Positions 9,829-20,609 of a stretch of 64,000 bases of DNA are shown piece after piece. The DNA comes from a virus: positions 29,085 to 93,084 of IMG/VR virus record IMGVR_UViG_3300027710_000017; one strand, written 5' to 3'. A program made the position numbers and the translations under genes. Under the pieces are notes generated by a model. It did no database searches, was not told the origin of the DNA, and saw only the letters and a list, made by a program, of their open reading frames with translations. Each line of letters begins with the position of its first letter. The stretch's first letter is position 1.

Positions 9829-12800
9829 TAAAACTTATTCCCCCTAATCCTTTGAGAGTCAATCTGCTTAATTTGTCCAATAACGGATCTAGCAATCTGA
9901 TCTGCATTGGCATCTGTTTTAACATTAACGTTTACCTCATAATTATACACTGAATCGCTGGAATGTGTTCCATTATTTATTGCTTTCATCTTGTCTACAC
10001 CATACTTTTCAACGGCATATTTGCGAACGACAAATTCTCCTGGAGTAAGCATTGCAGGGACGGTATCCGTACCCTTAGGCTCAAATATTCCACCATCACC
10101 CATGTATGGAACAGGGCCTCCCTGAGACATCATTAGCTTAGCTCCCTTGGCATTGTACGGAGTGTTGCCTGTTGGAGAGGTAAACTTATCTCCAGTAAGT
10201 GGATCTCTAAAGACTATTCCAGTATTTACCCTAGCATCTGCCACAGGAACAAAATACCCACGAGTAGGATCGTAAGTTACCGACTCTCTGGTGGATGTGG
10301 CAGGAGCTGGTGGAAGAGCTGCTGACAGAGTCTTTGACCCAAGACTATTCCAGTGAGACACAATGTCTTTAACAATATCTAGGGCTGCTTGCATGGCATC
10401 CTTGAAGGGTTGGCTAGAAGTAACTGCTAAGTCAATGCCGTTTTTTATCTGTGTCCATTCAAGCTTTGTTTTGTTAAGGACTGTTAGGGCTTCGGTAGCT
10501 ACAGCAAGATTTGCCTCAGCAATTCGAACAGCTTCTGCTGCTGGCTCTAACCTTGTTTCTTCAATCTTAAAGATTTCTTTTTCAACTCTTAGAATTTCTG
10601 CTTCTAGCTCTGTTCTAGATTTACCGCCAGAAGACCTAAGGTTGCTTAGGGCTCCTTGCCTTGACGCCTCTAGCATATCTCTCTGAGTTCCAATAGCACC
10701 CTGAGCAGATTGAGCCCTCATCTCCTGGGCTGCTCTTGCTGCTGCTGCAATGTCTCCCTGGCTTAGTGCGTCGGCAAGAGAGATCTGTGTTTTCTGCTGT
10801 GCGGAAATTGCATCGTTTGCCTTTTCAATTTTATCTAGCGCATCTAGTCTCTTGTCGTACTTTTCATTAACAGAATCTTCTTGCCATTCAATTTCTTGGA
10901 TACCAGCCTGAAGGTTATCCATTTGGAATTGTAGTGCAGCTATTTCTCTTTGAGCCTGGGCCAATATTTCTCTAGCACCCTTTTGAGCCACACCAGCAAT
11001 ACTAAAGTCTTTTAGCTTAATTTCCATATCAATCTGAAGCTTTTCTTCTTGCGCAGAGAAGGCTTCCATTGCTTTGTTAAAGCCATCATCAAAAACAGAT
11101 TGCTTAAAGTCAATGTCGTTAATTACTTGCTGCATACGTGTAGCAAATTCTGCTGGCAGTTCTGTTATCATACCGCTCAAGAACTTTTGGTATGTTTCTG
11201 AAAGTGTTGAGTCGAACTCAATTGCTGCTTGCTGTAACTCTGTAAACTTAGTATTGTTTGTGCTAAAAGCATTCTTCATTGCGCTTTCGCCTGAAGCCTG
11301 CTGAATATCTTCAATCAGCTGGAGTCTTGATGCTACTAGGCCTACCTTAGCTGCTGAATCATTAGCATCCTTTCCTAACTGCTTAAGCTCTTTAGAGCTT
11401 ATGTCTTTTGAGGCAATTGCAGCTGCAACGGCTGGGTCCTCTATAGCCTTCAGAGCTTCTGCCACAGACATACCTGCAGCAACTAACTTGTTGAATGCCG
11501 TTGACTGGTTCAGGGCGTCTCTGGAAGCTTCTTTAAGTCCAACCTGGAACTCTCCCAAGGCAATTTCATTAAATACCTTGGCCATGTTTTTGCCAGCCTC
11601 TTTAAGTGTAACGATTCCATTCTTAACTCTTATAAACTTATCTTGAATATCCTTATCAAGTCCTAGTAAGTAATCAATGAAGGTCCTGTTAACTCCTCGG
11701 CCAATTAGCTGCTGCTCAATACCCTTAAACTGCTTCATGTTTTTATTTCCGCCGAGCCACTTATTAAGCTCTGTAATTCCACCAGTTGCTTTTACTGCTG
11801 CTTCACGTATTTCTCTAAGCCTTTGCAACGGCTCTTCGTAAGGGTCTTGCTTCGCTCCGCCTGTAGGTGGAGTTTTAGCATTTGGATCAAAGTCTCCGAG
11901 GGTCATATCTGCATTTCCAGTTTCAGCTTTTTGGAAAGACATAGCTTCTGCATACTCTTTTAAGATTATAGGGTCTGGAGAGTTTGCCCACGCAGCACCT
12001 TCTGATTTTAACCAGGCCTGAACTTTTGGATCGTGAACTGTTTTGACTGAGCTTATTATTGTTGCATACGTTCTCAAGAAGATTTCTTTGCCCTCTTCTG
12101 TGAGTTTTTCAAACTCTGCTATGTCCTGACCAACTAAGTTTAAGTTTTCTGCACCGACTATATCTGCTACAACTTTAACAGTAATAGGGCCCTTTATTTT
12201 ATCTATTTCATCATACATTCCCTGAAGTTTTTTAGCTGCAGTTGGATTTTTAATAAAGAAGTCTACTGCAAAAGCAGCATCTTTTCCAGATGCCTGAGTT
12301 ACCTTTGTATAAAAGTCAATTATATCTGCAGCTTCTTTTGAAGTTTTTGCCCCGTCAACTTGAGCAACAAATGAGGAAACGACGCTATCTATTGGCTTTC
12401 CAGTTACTGGATCTGTAAAAAATTGAGTCATTGCAGATACTTGATTTGCAAAGGCTCCGCCATATTTTGTAATAATATTTACAGTTCTTGTTTGTGTTGA
12501 TTCTGGCATTGAAAGAATATTGACAAGCTGTACTGGGTCAACCTCTTTAGATGCAAGCTGCATTGTAACTAGATACTTTTTCTCTGGTGTCAGATTAGAC
12601 GATTCCAAATTCTTTAATCCAAGAGCTGCAACTGCTGCCATTGGAGTATCTTTATATGCAGCTGTGACAGAAGTTTTTGCACCAGTCATTAAGGCATCTT
12701 GTAATTCTGGACTTGCTGTTTTGTAGCTCTCCATAATTCCAGTAGTTAGTTTTTGATTTTGAGTTAAAATATCTACTCTTGCATCTTCTAATTCTTTGAG

Positions 12801-15800
12801 GAGCTTGGCCTTTTTTACTAAGTCTCCAGCAGATTCAGCATTAGCTATCCTTTGCTCGTATTCTAACTCTAAAGAGTCGGACATCTGCTGTTGCTGTTCT
12901 AATGCCATCTGTTGCATTGCTACAGCAGCGCCAGAAGCTAGCCCAAGATCTTCCTTCCTGCCTGTTGACCCTGCAACATATCCAGTAATTCCGCCGCTGA
13001 CTCCACCAATAATAGTTCCAGCTACAGCACCAATACCAGTTCCGATTCCTGGAAGGATTGCAGTTCCAATAGCTGCACCAATACCAGCACCGATACCAGC
13101 GCCAGCCGCAGCACCCCCAACCATGGTGCCAATCGCATTCCAGTCAGTTCCTTCAATTGATTTTTTAGCAAGGTCCATCGTTGTCTTAACTTGCTCCTGT
13201 TGATCTTCTAGTATTTCAAGCCTTACTTTAAGTGGGTCCTTAGCTAGGTTTTCTCCATTTGGTCCAAGGATATTAATTAATTGTGCGTTTACCTGAATTC
13301 CAAGAGCGTAGTCTCCCATTTCTTTTGAAATATTTGCGACAACAGATCTTGCCTCAGCTGCAGACATAGCTCCAGAGGCTACTGCTGTAGCCATTTGATT
13401 AACTAATTGTGATTGGGTGGCTACACGGCCGTTAGTTGAAAGTGACTTTGTAACATCACCTATCGCTGTCTTTCCCTCTTCAGTTTGAACAAAAGCTTCT
13501 CCAAAAGTTGTCTTTCCTGTTGCAGTCTGGAATTGGCTCAAAGAGCCTGCCCTTCTTTTATCCATAATTTCACTTGCAGTTGCGTTACCAGCAAACTTGG
13601 CAAACTTCTGAAGGGCTGCGTCGCCTGCGCCTAAGCTACCACTTAAATCAAGAGCACTCTTTTGTGCTGCTTTAAATGCTTCATCTAGCTTATAGGCGGC
13701 ATACATAGGCAAAGCTACAGCTGCAACTAATGCCATCAAGGCTGCGCTAACTGGCCCCTGAATAAACATGGCTAAGGTTGATAGACCAAGCAAAACTGGA
13801 GCTATATCTTGAGCAACCTTTCCAGCTTCTCCTGGTAGCATCATAGCCGCACCAGTAGCCATGCTTGCACCCATACCAATCATGCCGATACGCTGGGCGC
13901 CTTGTGCAAACCTTTGCTTTGGATCCATTCCAGATCTGGAAGCCGCTAGCCTGCTTTGGGCCTGTTGTCTGCTTATGCGGTTTCCGTTAGCATCTTTATA
14001 TCCACCCCTTGGACCACGTGTCAGCCCTGCGGCTTCGAGTCTTTTTGCTTCTTTTCTATCTAATGCAGCTTGGTTGATAACCTTTCCATTTTCATCAACG
14101 ACCTGATTTCCAGCCATGGTTCCAATAGCTGACCCTATTGGCTTAGCAATAGCATTTCCTACTGCCCTTAGTCCTGATCCTAGCCCAGTGGCGACTGCAG
14201 ACCCCATCTGCTTTCCGCTAGCAGCAAGAACACGAGGAGCAAACGCTTCTTTGCGGAATATCCTACCTGATTTTTTGGCTTGCTTATTTTCTTCTGAGTC
14301 TGCTTGGGCGGAAGAGCCAAAAGGATCTCCGTCAAATTTGGGAGGAGCAAAAGTATTTGTAGAAGGAGTTCTAAAAGGATCATTAAGTGGATCATAGCCA
14401 TCAAAGTACCCTGGAATATTATCAGAAATCATAGAGCTAATTAGTGGGGAATACTTCTTTGCCATCTTTGTAGGTATGACCGCTTCCCCTGGAGAAAGCA
14501 TAGCTGGAACTACGTCGCCCTTGCCCTTTGGTCCTGGTACTGAAACTACACCAGTCGCAAACTTGTTTCTGCCAAACCTTCTTGCAAGCATCCCCATAAC
14601 CATTTCAGAAAAAGTTTTAGCTGGTGCAACTGCTGGCATTTTTTGAGATCCAGCAATGCTATTTCCAGCACTTAATATTTTGCTTAGTTGACTTATAGTT
14701 TTTTGAGTTGGAGCTATAGGCTTTTCGCTAGTGTTGGACTTTTGAGATCGCCGAGGCTTGGCAACTTCTTTTTCTGCTTTTGAAGATAGTTGACCATAAG
14801 ACTTTTCTTTGAGCAATTTTTCCACAGACTCAAATCTTTCTTTTTGAGCCTTAAGTACATCTGGTCGACCAACCTGATAAATAGAGTTAATTAGTCTGTT
14901 TGAAAATGCAAATTTTTCTTTTTTAGAAAGAGAGTTGTACCTTTCTCTTACACGACTTCTAAGCTCTTCTGGTAACTTTACAGATCCTTGAGACAAGAAG
15001 TTTCTTTCAAATTTATCTACAAAGCTAGCTCCAAAGATTCTTTGAGAATTTCCGCCTCTTCTGGCACCTATTAGCCTATCCCTTACATTTCCAAAAATTG
15101 GGCTGTACTCTTTACCCCTACTGCTAGCCCCTTGACCAGGCTTTGCTACCGATGTTCTTAGCCTACCAAGCAAATTAAGATCTTGAATCATTGTTTTTGC
15201 TGCTGGACTTTTTATTTTTCTAACTGCTTTTGTTTCGGCCCTTTCGTACATATCTTGAAGGTCCGCCTCTGTTACTGTACGATTAAATGAAGACTTGAGC
15301 TCAGACCTCATTGCTTTGTCAAGATTAAGGGCATAGGACTTTATCTGCCTGTCAGATATGCCGTGTCCCTCAGGAAGCCTAGACAATATTCCAGAACCAA
15401 AAAGACCTCTGGGCATACGGCGGAGTGCAGCCAAGTAACCCTTTCCAGTCATTGCTTCTGAACGTATATTAGATGTTGCTCTATTTGCATCGGCCTGCAG
15501 TGGTTCTACCATGTTTGAGAAAAGCTTAAACTCTGTTCCACCTAGCTTGCTGAGTTCAGCTTTAAAGTCTGCCCTCATTTGGTTTGGGTCTAGCCCCATT
15601 CTTGCCAAAGCTCCAGATCTGACACCTTGCTCAATTTCTCTATCGAAGATTTCAGTGACTTGTTTTCTGCTCAACCTGCCTTCTGGAGAAGCCGACATGT
15701 GGGCGCTATCAATAGAGAAGCTTCTGTCAAATTCAAATGATTTAGGAGCTGACGATGTTCCATTTTCATATCCAGGAACTCCCATGCCCCTAAACAATCT

Positions 15801-18749
15801 TGCAACAAATCCAGAGCCAGATACACGTACGCCTGCCAGGCCTGCAGCTCGCAACTCAGCCTTTAGCTGTTTTGCAATAGCTGGATCACGTGCAATAATC
15901 TTGTCTATTTCTTTAAACCCAAACCCGCCTGGAGTGTGTGTTTCTATGTATGGAGATCTTGGGTTTATCGAATACTGATTCTTAGTTCCTGGAACCAAAT
16001 TACTACCAAATGGCATTCCAAGTCTTTCAAATGACCCTAGCTGTTTTGAAGATGCTCCACGCATTGGTGCTGGACGCATTGAACTTTGGATTCTTCCCAA
16101 ACTGAGGCCAGAATTCTTTGCTCTAACATATTCCATCAATGTGTCGTTAGGATATGCAGACGATCTTCTAGCTACAGCAGATTTTGTGATAAGGTCTATA
16201 TTGCCATACCTGCTTAAAGATTTTTCGCTAGGATTAGTAGTAAGAGAGTTAAAGTTCTTTCCCTTAATTCCAAATACTCTATTAATTAAAGATTGCAAAA
16301 TTGAGGTTTTTGCATAGCCGTAAGTTGGTCTTTTTGAAGAAGAGGTTGATTTTGGATCTAGCCCAAACAGATCTCTTTCCATGTCCGATCTAGCCTGCTT
16401 TTGTCTTGGATTCAATATTCCATATTTAGTTAAATAGTCTGCTCCAGACTGGGTATCAAATGCGCTCTGATACTTTCCACCTTTTCCATTAGCTCGTAAA
16501 GCCCGTACAAAGTCTTCAGACCTCATTCTTGTTGCAACGTTAGATCGGCTCAGCATAGATGCAAATGGATTAAACCCAAATCGGAACCCAGGAATATTAT
16601 CCGAAATCATGGATGATACTAGTCCACGATATTTCTTTGCCTGTTTTGCTGGAATAACAGCCTCTCCTGGTGAGAGCATAGCTGGAACAACATCTCCAGC
16701 TCCCTTTGGACCAGGAACAGATAAAACTCCAGATGCATACTTTTTTGGAGTTTTGCCCCTTGGCATAACTGGAGCACCAGTTTCAGGATTTCTTCCAAGA
16801 AGTCTTGACTGCTGAACTACAGCTCTTGCATAAGAAGAAGCCAGTCTGTCAACAGCTCCAGCCTCCACTGCAAAAGTCTGGATTAATCTTGAGTGTGACT
16901 GGTTTAGTGAGGAGGCTACAGCGTTAGCTTCTAGCTGTTGCTGTGTCATGTAGTCTGTTGAAATTCCCAGGCTTCTAGAGGATTGCCCAGTTTTTGAGAA
17001 TACCCCCATAACGTTTGCAAAAAGCTTAATTAAGTTTGCGGCTCCGTTAGCAATAAGACCAAACATCATTAAGAAGACTGGTCCAATACCACCAATTAGT
17101 GTGGTAGCTACAACAGCAAACTGCTTTGCGCCGTCACTTAAGTTATTAAAGTTCTTTAAGACTTCTGCACCAAACTGTACTAGTGGGGTAATCGCCTTTA
17201 AGAATTCTGCTCCGACAGGAGCTAGTGCTGCCTGAAACTTTTCAAGTTGATTTTGAAATTTAAATAGTGGAGACTCTTCAACTCTCTTTAACTCTCGCTC
17301 AGAGATAATTGCAAGCTCCTCAGACGTAGCATTTGCTAGCTTTAGAACTTTTTGTGCCTGAGAGCCATCCTTGATAACGTTCTGGAACAAAGTAGATAGA
17401 CGTGAAAACTGGAATTTTCCAAACAGCTGCTCAATAGCCCTTGCACGATTTAAAGGATCTAGAGTGTCTAGGGCTTGCGCAAAGCCAATTACAATGCCTT
17501 TGACATCTCCCTTATTTGCCTGAACAATACCCTTGACATTTATACCAAAGCCATTGAGCATTTCTGCTGCTTTTCCTGTAGGGTTGATCAAAGCTGCAAG
17601 ACCAGACTTTAGGGCGTTAGCACCTTCGGAGGCATTAATTCCACCTTCCTTCATGGCTGTCAGGAAGAACGCTAGGTCTTCTACATCTCCACCAAGCTGC
17701 TTTACGACAGGACCTGCTTTTGGAATTGCAATAGTCAGGTCGTTGATGGCAGTTACTGTTTCATTTTCTACAGAGTTTAGGAAGTCAATCTTTCCAGCTA
17801 GCTGTTCGGCTGCGACCCCAAATGCATTTGTAACTGATATTGTGGCTCTTAAAGCTTCTTGCTGATCTACTTCACCTAATACTGCAAGCCTTGTGGCTTC
17901 TGTAACCTGAGCTCTAAGAGCAGCACCTGTCAAACCCATCTGAGCTGCATCTGCGGCTAGCTCCAAAGTTTTATTTACTTCAATACCATATTTTGTAAAT
18001 CCATCTGCAAGCCTCTTCATATCCTCTAAGGCTTTATCAGTTGCCTCTTCGGTATCAAAGGCTTCTCCATAAACACGCTTAAAACGTATGGCCTGCTTTT
18101 CAACTTTTTCAAATTCTTTAACGGCCATAGATCCAAAGATAGCCAAAGGTATTGTGAAACCAACCATAAGCTGGCGACCAGCCCACTGAGTATTTTTACC
18201 AAAGTTTAGAAGGTTGGTAGATCCTTGCTTTACAAGCTGATTAAATAACTGTTGCTTCTGAGCAGCGATGGCAGTTTTGGTTGCCAGGTTTTCCATGTCT
18301 AAAGCTAAAGGCCGAACAGCAATGGCCTTCATTGCACCACTGCCGTCACGGCCTAGCTTAACATACTGCGTCTGTAGGGTCTTTACTCTTTCACGAGCGA
18401 CCTTTTCAATTGTGTCAAATTCACTTCTAAATAATCTACCGAAAGTTTTTGTGGATGCTCCAGCATACCTAAAGTACTCTCCCATGGAGAGCTTGTTTCT
18501 TTCAAGTGCAGTAGTAAAAGACTCTGCAGTTGTAGATATATTTTTTACACTAGCGGCAAACTGTCCAGTTGCATTTATATTATTTATTAAATTGCGCTGG
18601 ATGTTTTGTGCGGATGCTGCCTGCTGTGCCCCGCTTTTGAGAAGCTGAGCGTTTAACTGAGATATCTGCCTCTGCAGGTTTTTTATTTCTGCTATACCCA
18701 CAGATGTGTCAACATTAATTATAATGTCTGATCTGATATCATCAGCCAT
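9828..18749 (-). CDS. tape measure protein with inserted cargo domains
   Basis: 2973 aa, Ala/Gly-rich helical TMP core, hydrophobic stretches, follows tail chaperones; three (G)DxVPAMLxPGE motifs. Confidence 0.93.
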   Translation of the reverse strand: MADDIRSDIIINVDTSVGIAEIKNLQRQISQLNAQLLKSGAQQAASAQNIQRNLINNINATGQFAASVKNISTTAESFTTALERNKLSMGEYFRYAGASTKTFGRLFRSEFDTIEKVARERVKTLQTQYVKLGRDGSGAMKAIAVRPLALDMENLATKTAIAAQKQQLFNQLVKQGSTNLLNFGKNTQWAGRQLMVGFTIPLAIFGSMAVKEFEKVEKQAIRFKRVYGEAFDTEEATDKALEDMKRLADGFTKYGIEVNKTLELAADAAQMGLTGAALRAQVTEATRLAVLGEVDQQEALRATISVTNAFGVAAEQLAGKIDFLNSVENETVTAINDLTIAIPKAGPVVKQLGGDVEDLAFFLTAMKEGGINASEGANALKSGLAALINPTGKAAEMLNGFGINVKGIVQANKGDVKGIVIGFAQALDTLDPLNRARAIEQLFGKFQFSRLSTLFQNVIKDGSQAQKVLKLANATSEELAIISERELKRVEESPLFKFQNQLEKFQAALAPVGAEFLKAITPLVQFGAEVLKNFNNLSDGAKQFAVVATTLIGGIGPVFLMMFGLIANGAANLIKLFANVMGVFSKTGQSSRSLGISTDYMTQQQLEANAVASSLNQSHSRLIQTFAVEAGAVDRLASSYARAVVQQSRLLGRNPETGAPVMPRGKTPKKYASGVLSVPGPKGAGDVVPAMLSPGEAVIPAKQAKKYRGLVSSMISDNIPGFRFGFNPFASMLSRSNVATRMRSEDFVRALRANGKGGKYQSAFDTQSGADYLTKYGILNPRQKQARSDMERDLFGLDPKSTSSSKRPTYGYAKTSILQSLINRVFGIKGKNFNSLTTNPSEKSLSRYGNIDLITKSAVARRSSAYPNDTLMEYVRAKNSGLSLGRIQSSMRPAPMRGASSKQLGSFERLGMPFGSNLVPGTKNQYSINPRSPYIETHTPGGFGFKEIDKIIARDPAIAKQLKAELRAAGLAGVRVSGSGFVARLFRGMGVPGYENGTSSAPKSFEFDRSFSIDSAHMSASPEGRLSRKQVTEIFDREIEQGVRSGALARMGLDPNQMRADFKAELSKLGGTEFKLFSNMVEPLQADANRATSNIRSEAMTGKGYLAALRRMPRGLFGSGILSRLPEGHGISDRQIKSYALNLDKAMRSELKSSFNRTVTEADLQDMYERAETKAVRKIKSPAAKTMIQDLNLLGRLRTSVAKPGQGASSRGKEYSPIFGNVRDRLIGARRGGNSQRIFGASFVDKFERNFLSQGSVKLPEELRSRVRERYNSLSKKEKFAFSNRLINSIYQVGRPDVLKAQKERFESVEKLLKEKSYGQLSSKAEKEVAKPRRSQKSNTSEKPIAPTQKTISQLSKILSAGNSIAGSQKMPAVAPAKTFSEMVMGMLARRFGRNKFATGVVSVPGPKGKGDVVPAMLSPGEAVIPTKMAKKYSPLISSMISDNIPGYFDGYDPLNDPFRTPSTNTFAPPKFDGDPFGSSAQADSEENKQAKKSGRIFRKEAFAPRVLAASGKQMGSAVATGLGSGLRAVGNAIAKPIGSAIGTMAGNQVVDENGKVINQAALDRKEAKRLEAAGLTRGPRGGYKDANGNRISRQQAQSRLAASRSGMDPKQRFAQGAQRIGMIGMGASMATGAAMMLPGEAGKVAQDIAPVLLGLSTLAMFIQGPVSAALMALVAAVALPMYAAYKLDEAFKAAQKSALDLSGSLGAGDAALQKFAKFAGNATASEIMDKRRAGSLSQFQTATGKTTFGEAFVQTEEGKTAIGDVTKSLSTNGRVATQSQLVNQMATAVASGAMSAAEARSVVANISKEMGDYALGIQVNAQLINILGPNGENLAKDPLKVRLEILEDQQEQVKTTMDLAKKSIEGTDWNAIGTMVGGAAAGAGIGAGIGAAIGTAILPGIGTGIGAVAGTIIGGVSGGITGYVAGSTGRKEDLGLASGAAVAMQQMALEQQQQMSDSLELEYEQRIANAESAGDLVKKAKLLKELEDARVDILTQNQKLTTGIMESYKTASPELQDALMTGAKTSVTAAYKDTPMAAVAALGLKNLESSNLTPEKKYLVTMQLASKEVDPVQLVNILSMPESTQTRTVNIITKYGGAFANQVSAMTQFFTDPVTGKPIDSVVSSFVAQVDGAKTSKEAADIIDFYTKVTQASGKDAAFAVDFFIKNPTAAKKLQGMYDEIDKIKGPITVKVVADIVGAENLNLVGQDIAEFEKLTEEGKEIFLRTYATIISSVKTVHDPKVQAWLKSEGAAWANSPDPIILKEYAEAMSFQKAETGNADMTLGDFDPNAKTPPTGGAKQDPYEEPLQRLREIREAAVKATGGITELNKWLGGNKNMKQFKGIEQQLIGRGVNRTFIDYLLGLDKDIQDKFIRVKNGIVTLKEAGKNMAKVFNEIALGEFQVGLKEASRDALNQSTAFNKLVAAGMSVAEALKAIEDPAVAAAIASKDISSKELKQLGKDANDSAAKVGLVASRLQLIEDIQQASGESAMKNAFSTNNTKFTELQQAAIEFDSTLSETYQKFLSGMITELPAEFATRMQQVINDIDFKQSVFDDGFNKAMEAFSAQEEKLQIDMEIKLKDFSIAGVAQKGAREILAQAQREIAALQFQMDNLQAGIQEIEWQEDSVNEKYDKRLDALDKIEKANDAISAQQKTQISLADALSQGDIAAAARAAQEMRAQSAQGAIGTQRDMLEASRQGALSNLRSSGGKSRTELEAEILRVEKEIFKIEETRLEPAAEAVRIAEANLAVATEALTVLNKTKLEWTQIKNGIDLAVTSSQPFKDAMQAALDIVKDIVSHWNSLGSKTLSAALPPAPATSTRESVTYDPTRGYFVPVADARVNTGIVFRDPLTGDKFTSPTGNTPYNAKGAKLMMSQGGPVPYMGDGGIFEPKGTDTVPAMLTPGEFVVRKYAVEKYGVDKMKAINNGTHSSDSVYNYEVNVNVKTDANADQIARSVIGQIKQIDSQRIRGNKF

Positions 18750-18780
18750 GCATTAGCACCTCCTAGCCGCTAGTCCATAT

Positions 18781-19092
18781 TTAGTTGTTTATTCTACCGA
18801 AGATACTTGAGTTCCCCGATGCTTCTTCAACAATCTTGTACACTGTTGGAAGGTCTAGTAGATCTTCCAAAACTTTTACATCCCCTGCTAGCTCTGGCTT
18901 AAACTGCTGCATAGCAATCTGAACACACTCGATAAGGAGATTCATAGACTTCTCGTTGTCTTCTGAAACTTCCTGAATTTCCTGAAACTTCTTCAAGAAT
19001 GGTCTCAAAAGAGAAATCTTTAGAGGCCTGATCTGGATCTCCTGACCATCTAGCAATGTTACCTTTTTTTCTTCGTTTACTGTAGTTGCCAT
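18781..19092 (-). CDS. tail assembly chaperone (short)
   Basis: Between major tail and TMP; similar to N-half of 19149..19841. Confidence 0.75.
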   Translation of the reverse strand: MATTVNEEKKVTLLDGQEIQIRPLKISLLRPFLKKFQEIQEVSEDNEKSMNLLIECVQIAMQQFKPELAGDVKVLEDLLDLPTVYKIVEEASGNSSIFGRINN

Positions 19093-19148
19093 AGTAATAG
19101 TTCCTTCCTAGGTTTTTTGTGGCTTTGATAATTATATCACAAAGAGGG

Positions 19149-19841
19149 CTATTTTTTAGTTAAATCTTCGTAACCCAAGCCCATGCCTATTCCAAATCCT
19201 GCCTTCTGTGCATTGTACCCCTGAAGTGCAGTAATGTCATTTGAGTCTTTAGCCTTGCCTTTACTAAATACTCTAGCTTTCATTTCTTCCCAAGCATTGC
19301 TGTTTTGTCTTCCAGTTTGCTTATCTAAATCTACTCCCTGAATTGCCGCAAAAAACTTTTTCTCTTGATAGTCTAGCTCTCTTTTAGTCTCTAGCATTGA
19401 CGTTAGCTCTGGCATAGATATATTGGATTCCATCTCTTCATAATTTTTCCAGATGCCCGTCAAGAAGGCCTCGGCTTCTAGCTTTACAAGATCTAATCCA
19501 GACCAGTCTGCACCGCTTGAAACAGCCTGTTCCTTTACTTCTTTGTCGCTTTCCTTTTTTATTTTAATACCTGCGGCTACGTCTATAATTTTATATATTG
19601 AGTTTAGGTCAAGGCTTTCTTCTAGGTCAGACATGGTCTTTATTGGTGGGTAATATTGTTGCATGCATATCCTGGCACACTCAGAAAGAAAGAATATGGC
19701 GTCATCATCAGTTTTTGCTGTTTTGACAAACTCAAAAGCATCCATAAACTGACGCAAATATTTTATCTTAAGTGGGGATATTTCAATGGTATTACCATCG
19801 AATAGCTCAATAACAGATGTCTCGTATACTCTAGTTGCCAT
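19149..19841 (-). CDS. tail assembly chaperone (long form)
   Basis: Position; N-half paralogous to 18781..19092. Confidence 0.7.
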   Translation of the reverse strand: MATRVYETSVIELFDGNTIEISPLKIKYLRQFMDAFEFVKTAKTDDDAIFFLSECARICMQQYYPPIKTMSDLEESLDLNSIYKIIDVAAGIKIKKESDKEVKEQAVSSGADWSGLDLVKLEAEAFLTGIWKNYEEMESNISMPELTSMLETKRELDYQEKKFFAAIQGVDLDKQTGRQNSNAWEEMKARVFSKGKAKDSNDITALQGYNAQKAGFGIGMGLGYEDLTKK

Positions 19842-19862
19842 GGCTCTATTATACCAAAAGCA

Positions 19863-19894
19863 AACTGCCCCAGCAACTTAATGCCAGGGCAGTT
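19863..19894 (-). terminator. intrinsic terminator after major tail gene
   Basis: AACTGCCC...GGGCAGTT inverted repeat followed by T-rich tract on the - strand. Confidence 0.65.
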
Positions 19895-19916
19895 CTATTT
19901 AATTATATTTAAGCTA

Positions 19917-20540
19917 TTAGCTTGCTGGGATTGTACGGTCCACGATCTTTCCGTATGACGCTGAGTCATTTGGAAGCAAACGGAACGAAACTTCAAACAT
20001 TGTTGCTTCGTCACGCTTAGCGCCTACAGTAACACTCTCAATAGAAAGTGCACGGTAAGCAACGTAAATACGTTCAATCTGGTCAGATGCTGCACAGTCA
20101 CCAGTTCCTGGGCCGACAGCTACTAGACCACGCTCTACTGGACACTCTCCAATGTCACCTGCGGACAGGTTCATTGTTGGGTTTCCAGCAACAGTAGTTA
20201 GGTCATCATCCTTTGCAGCTAGTGCAAATAGAAGATTCTCTAGTGTAGCTTCAGCAAAAGCAGTATTCAGGTTAACCTGCATACCCTGCTTGTATAGCTT
20301 AGCAACATCTAGAACCTGGTCAACCTGGACTTCTCCGAAGTCAGGCTGGAATACGATCTCAAGACCATTCATTGTGTAACCAACGTTACGGAAGTCAGCA
20401 TCGTCAGACAAGGTTGTCTTGTACGATACGTCGTCTGTATATGCTGGTAGATCACCGTCTGTCAAAAGACCGTTTTCGTAAGTAAATAGAGCAGCTGCAC
20501 CAACAATAATTTGTGAGCTATTACCACGTGTATATGCCAT
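19917..20540 (-). CDS. major tail protein
   Basis: IIVGAAALF...VGYTMNGLE...AEATLENL siphovirus tail tube pattern, position. Confidence 0.88.
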   Translation of the reverse strand: MAYTRGNSSQIIVGAAALFTYENGLLTDGDLPAYTDDVSYKTTLSDDADFRNVGYTMNGLEIVFQPDFGEVQVDQVLDVAKLYKQGMQVNLNTAFAEATLENLLFALAAKDDDLTTVAGNPTMNLSAGDIGECPVERGLVAVGPGTGDCAASDQIERIYVAYRALSIESVTVGAKRDEATMFEVSFRLLPNDSASYGKIVDRTIPAS

Positions 20541-20609
20541 AATTTTTCACCTCTTTTTCGTTTTATGGATAAGAGGGCTTTGTTTCCTCAAGCTAATTAT
20601 AGCACCCTT

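Noticed and set aside
10363-18648. Numerous + strand ORFs opposite the tape measure gene (and similar ones opposite other structural genes)
   Set aside because: Antisense shadows of long coding frames; no RBS or recognisable motifs
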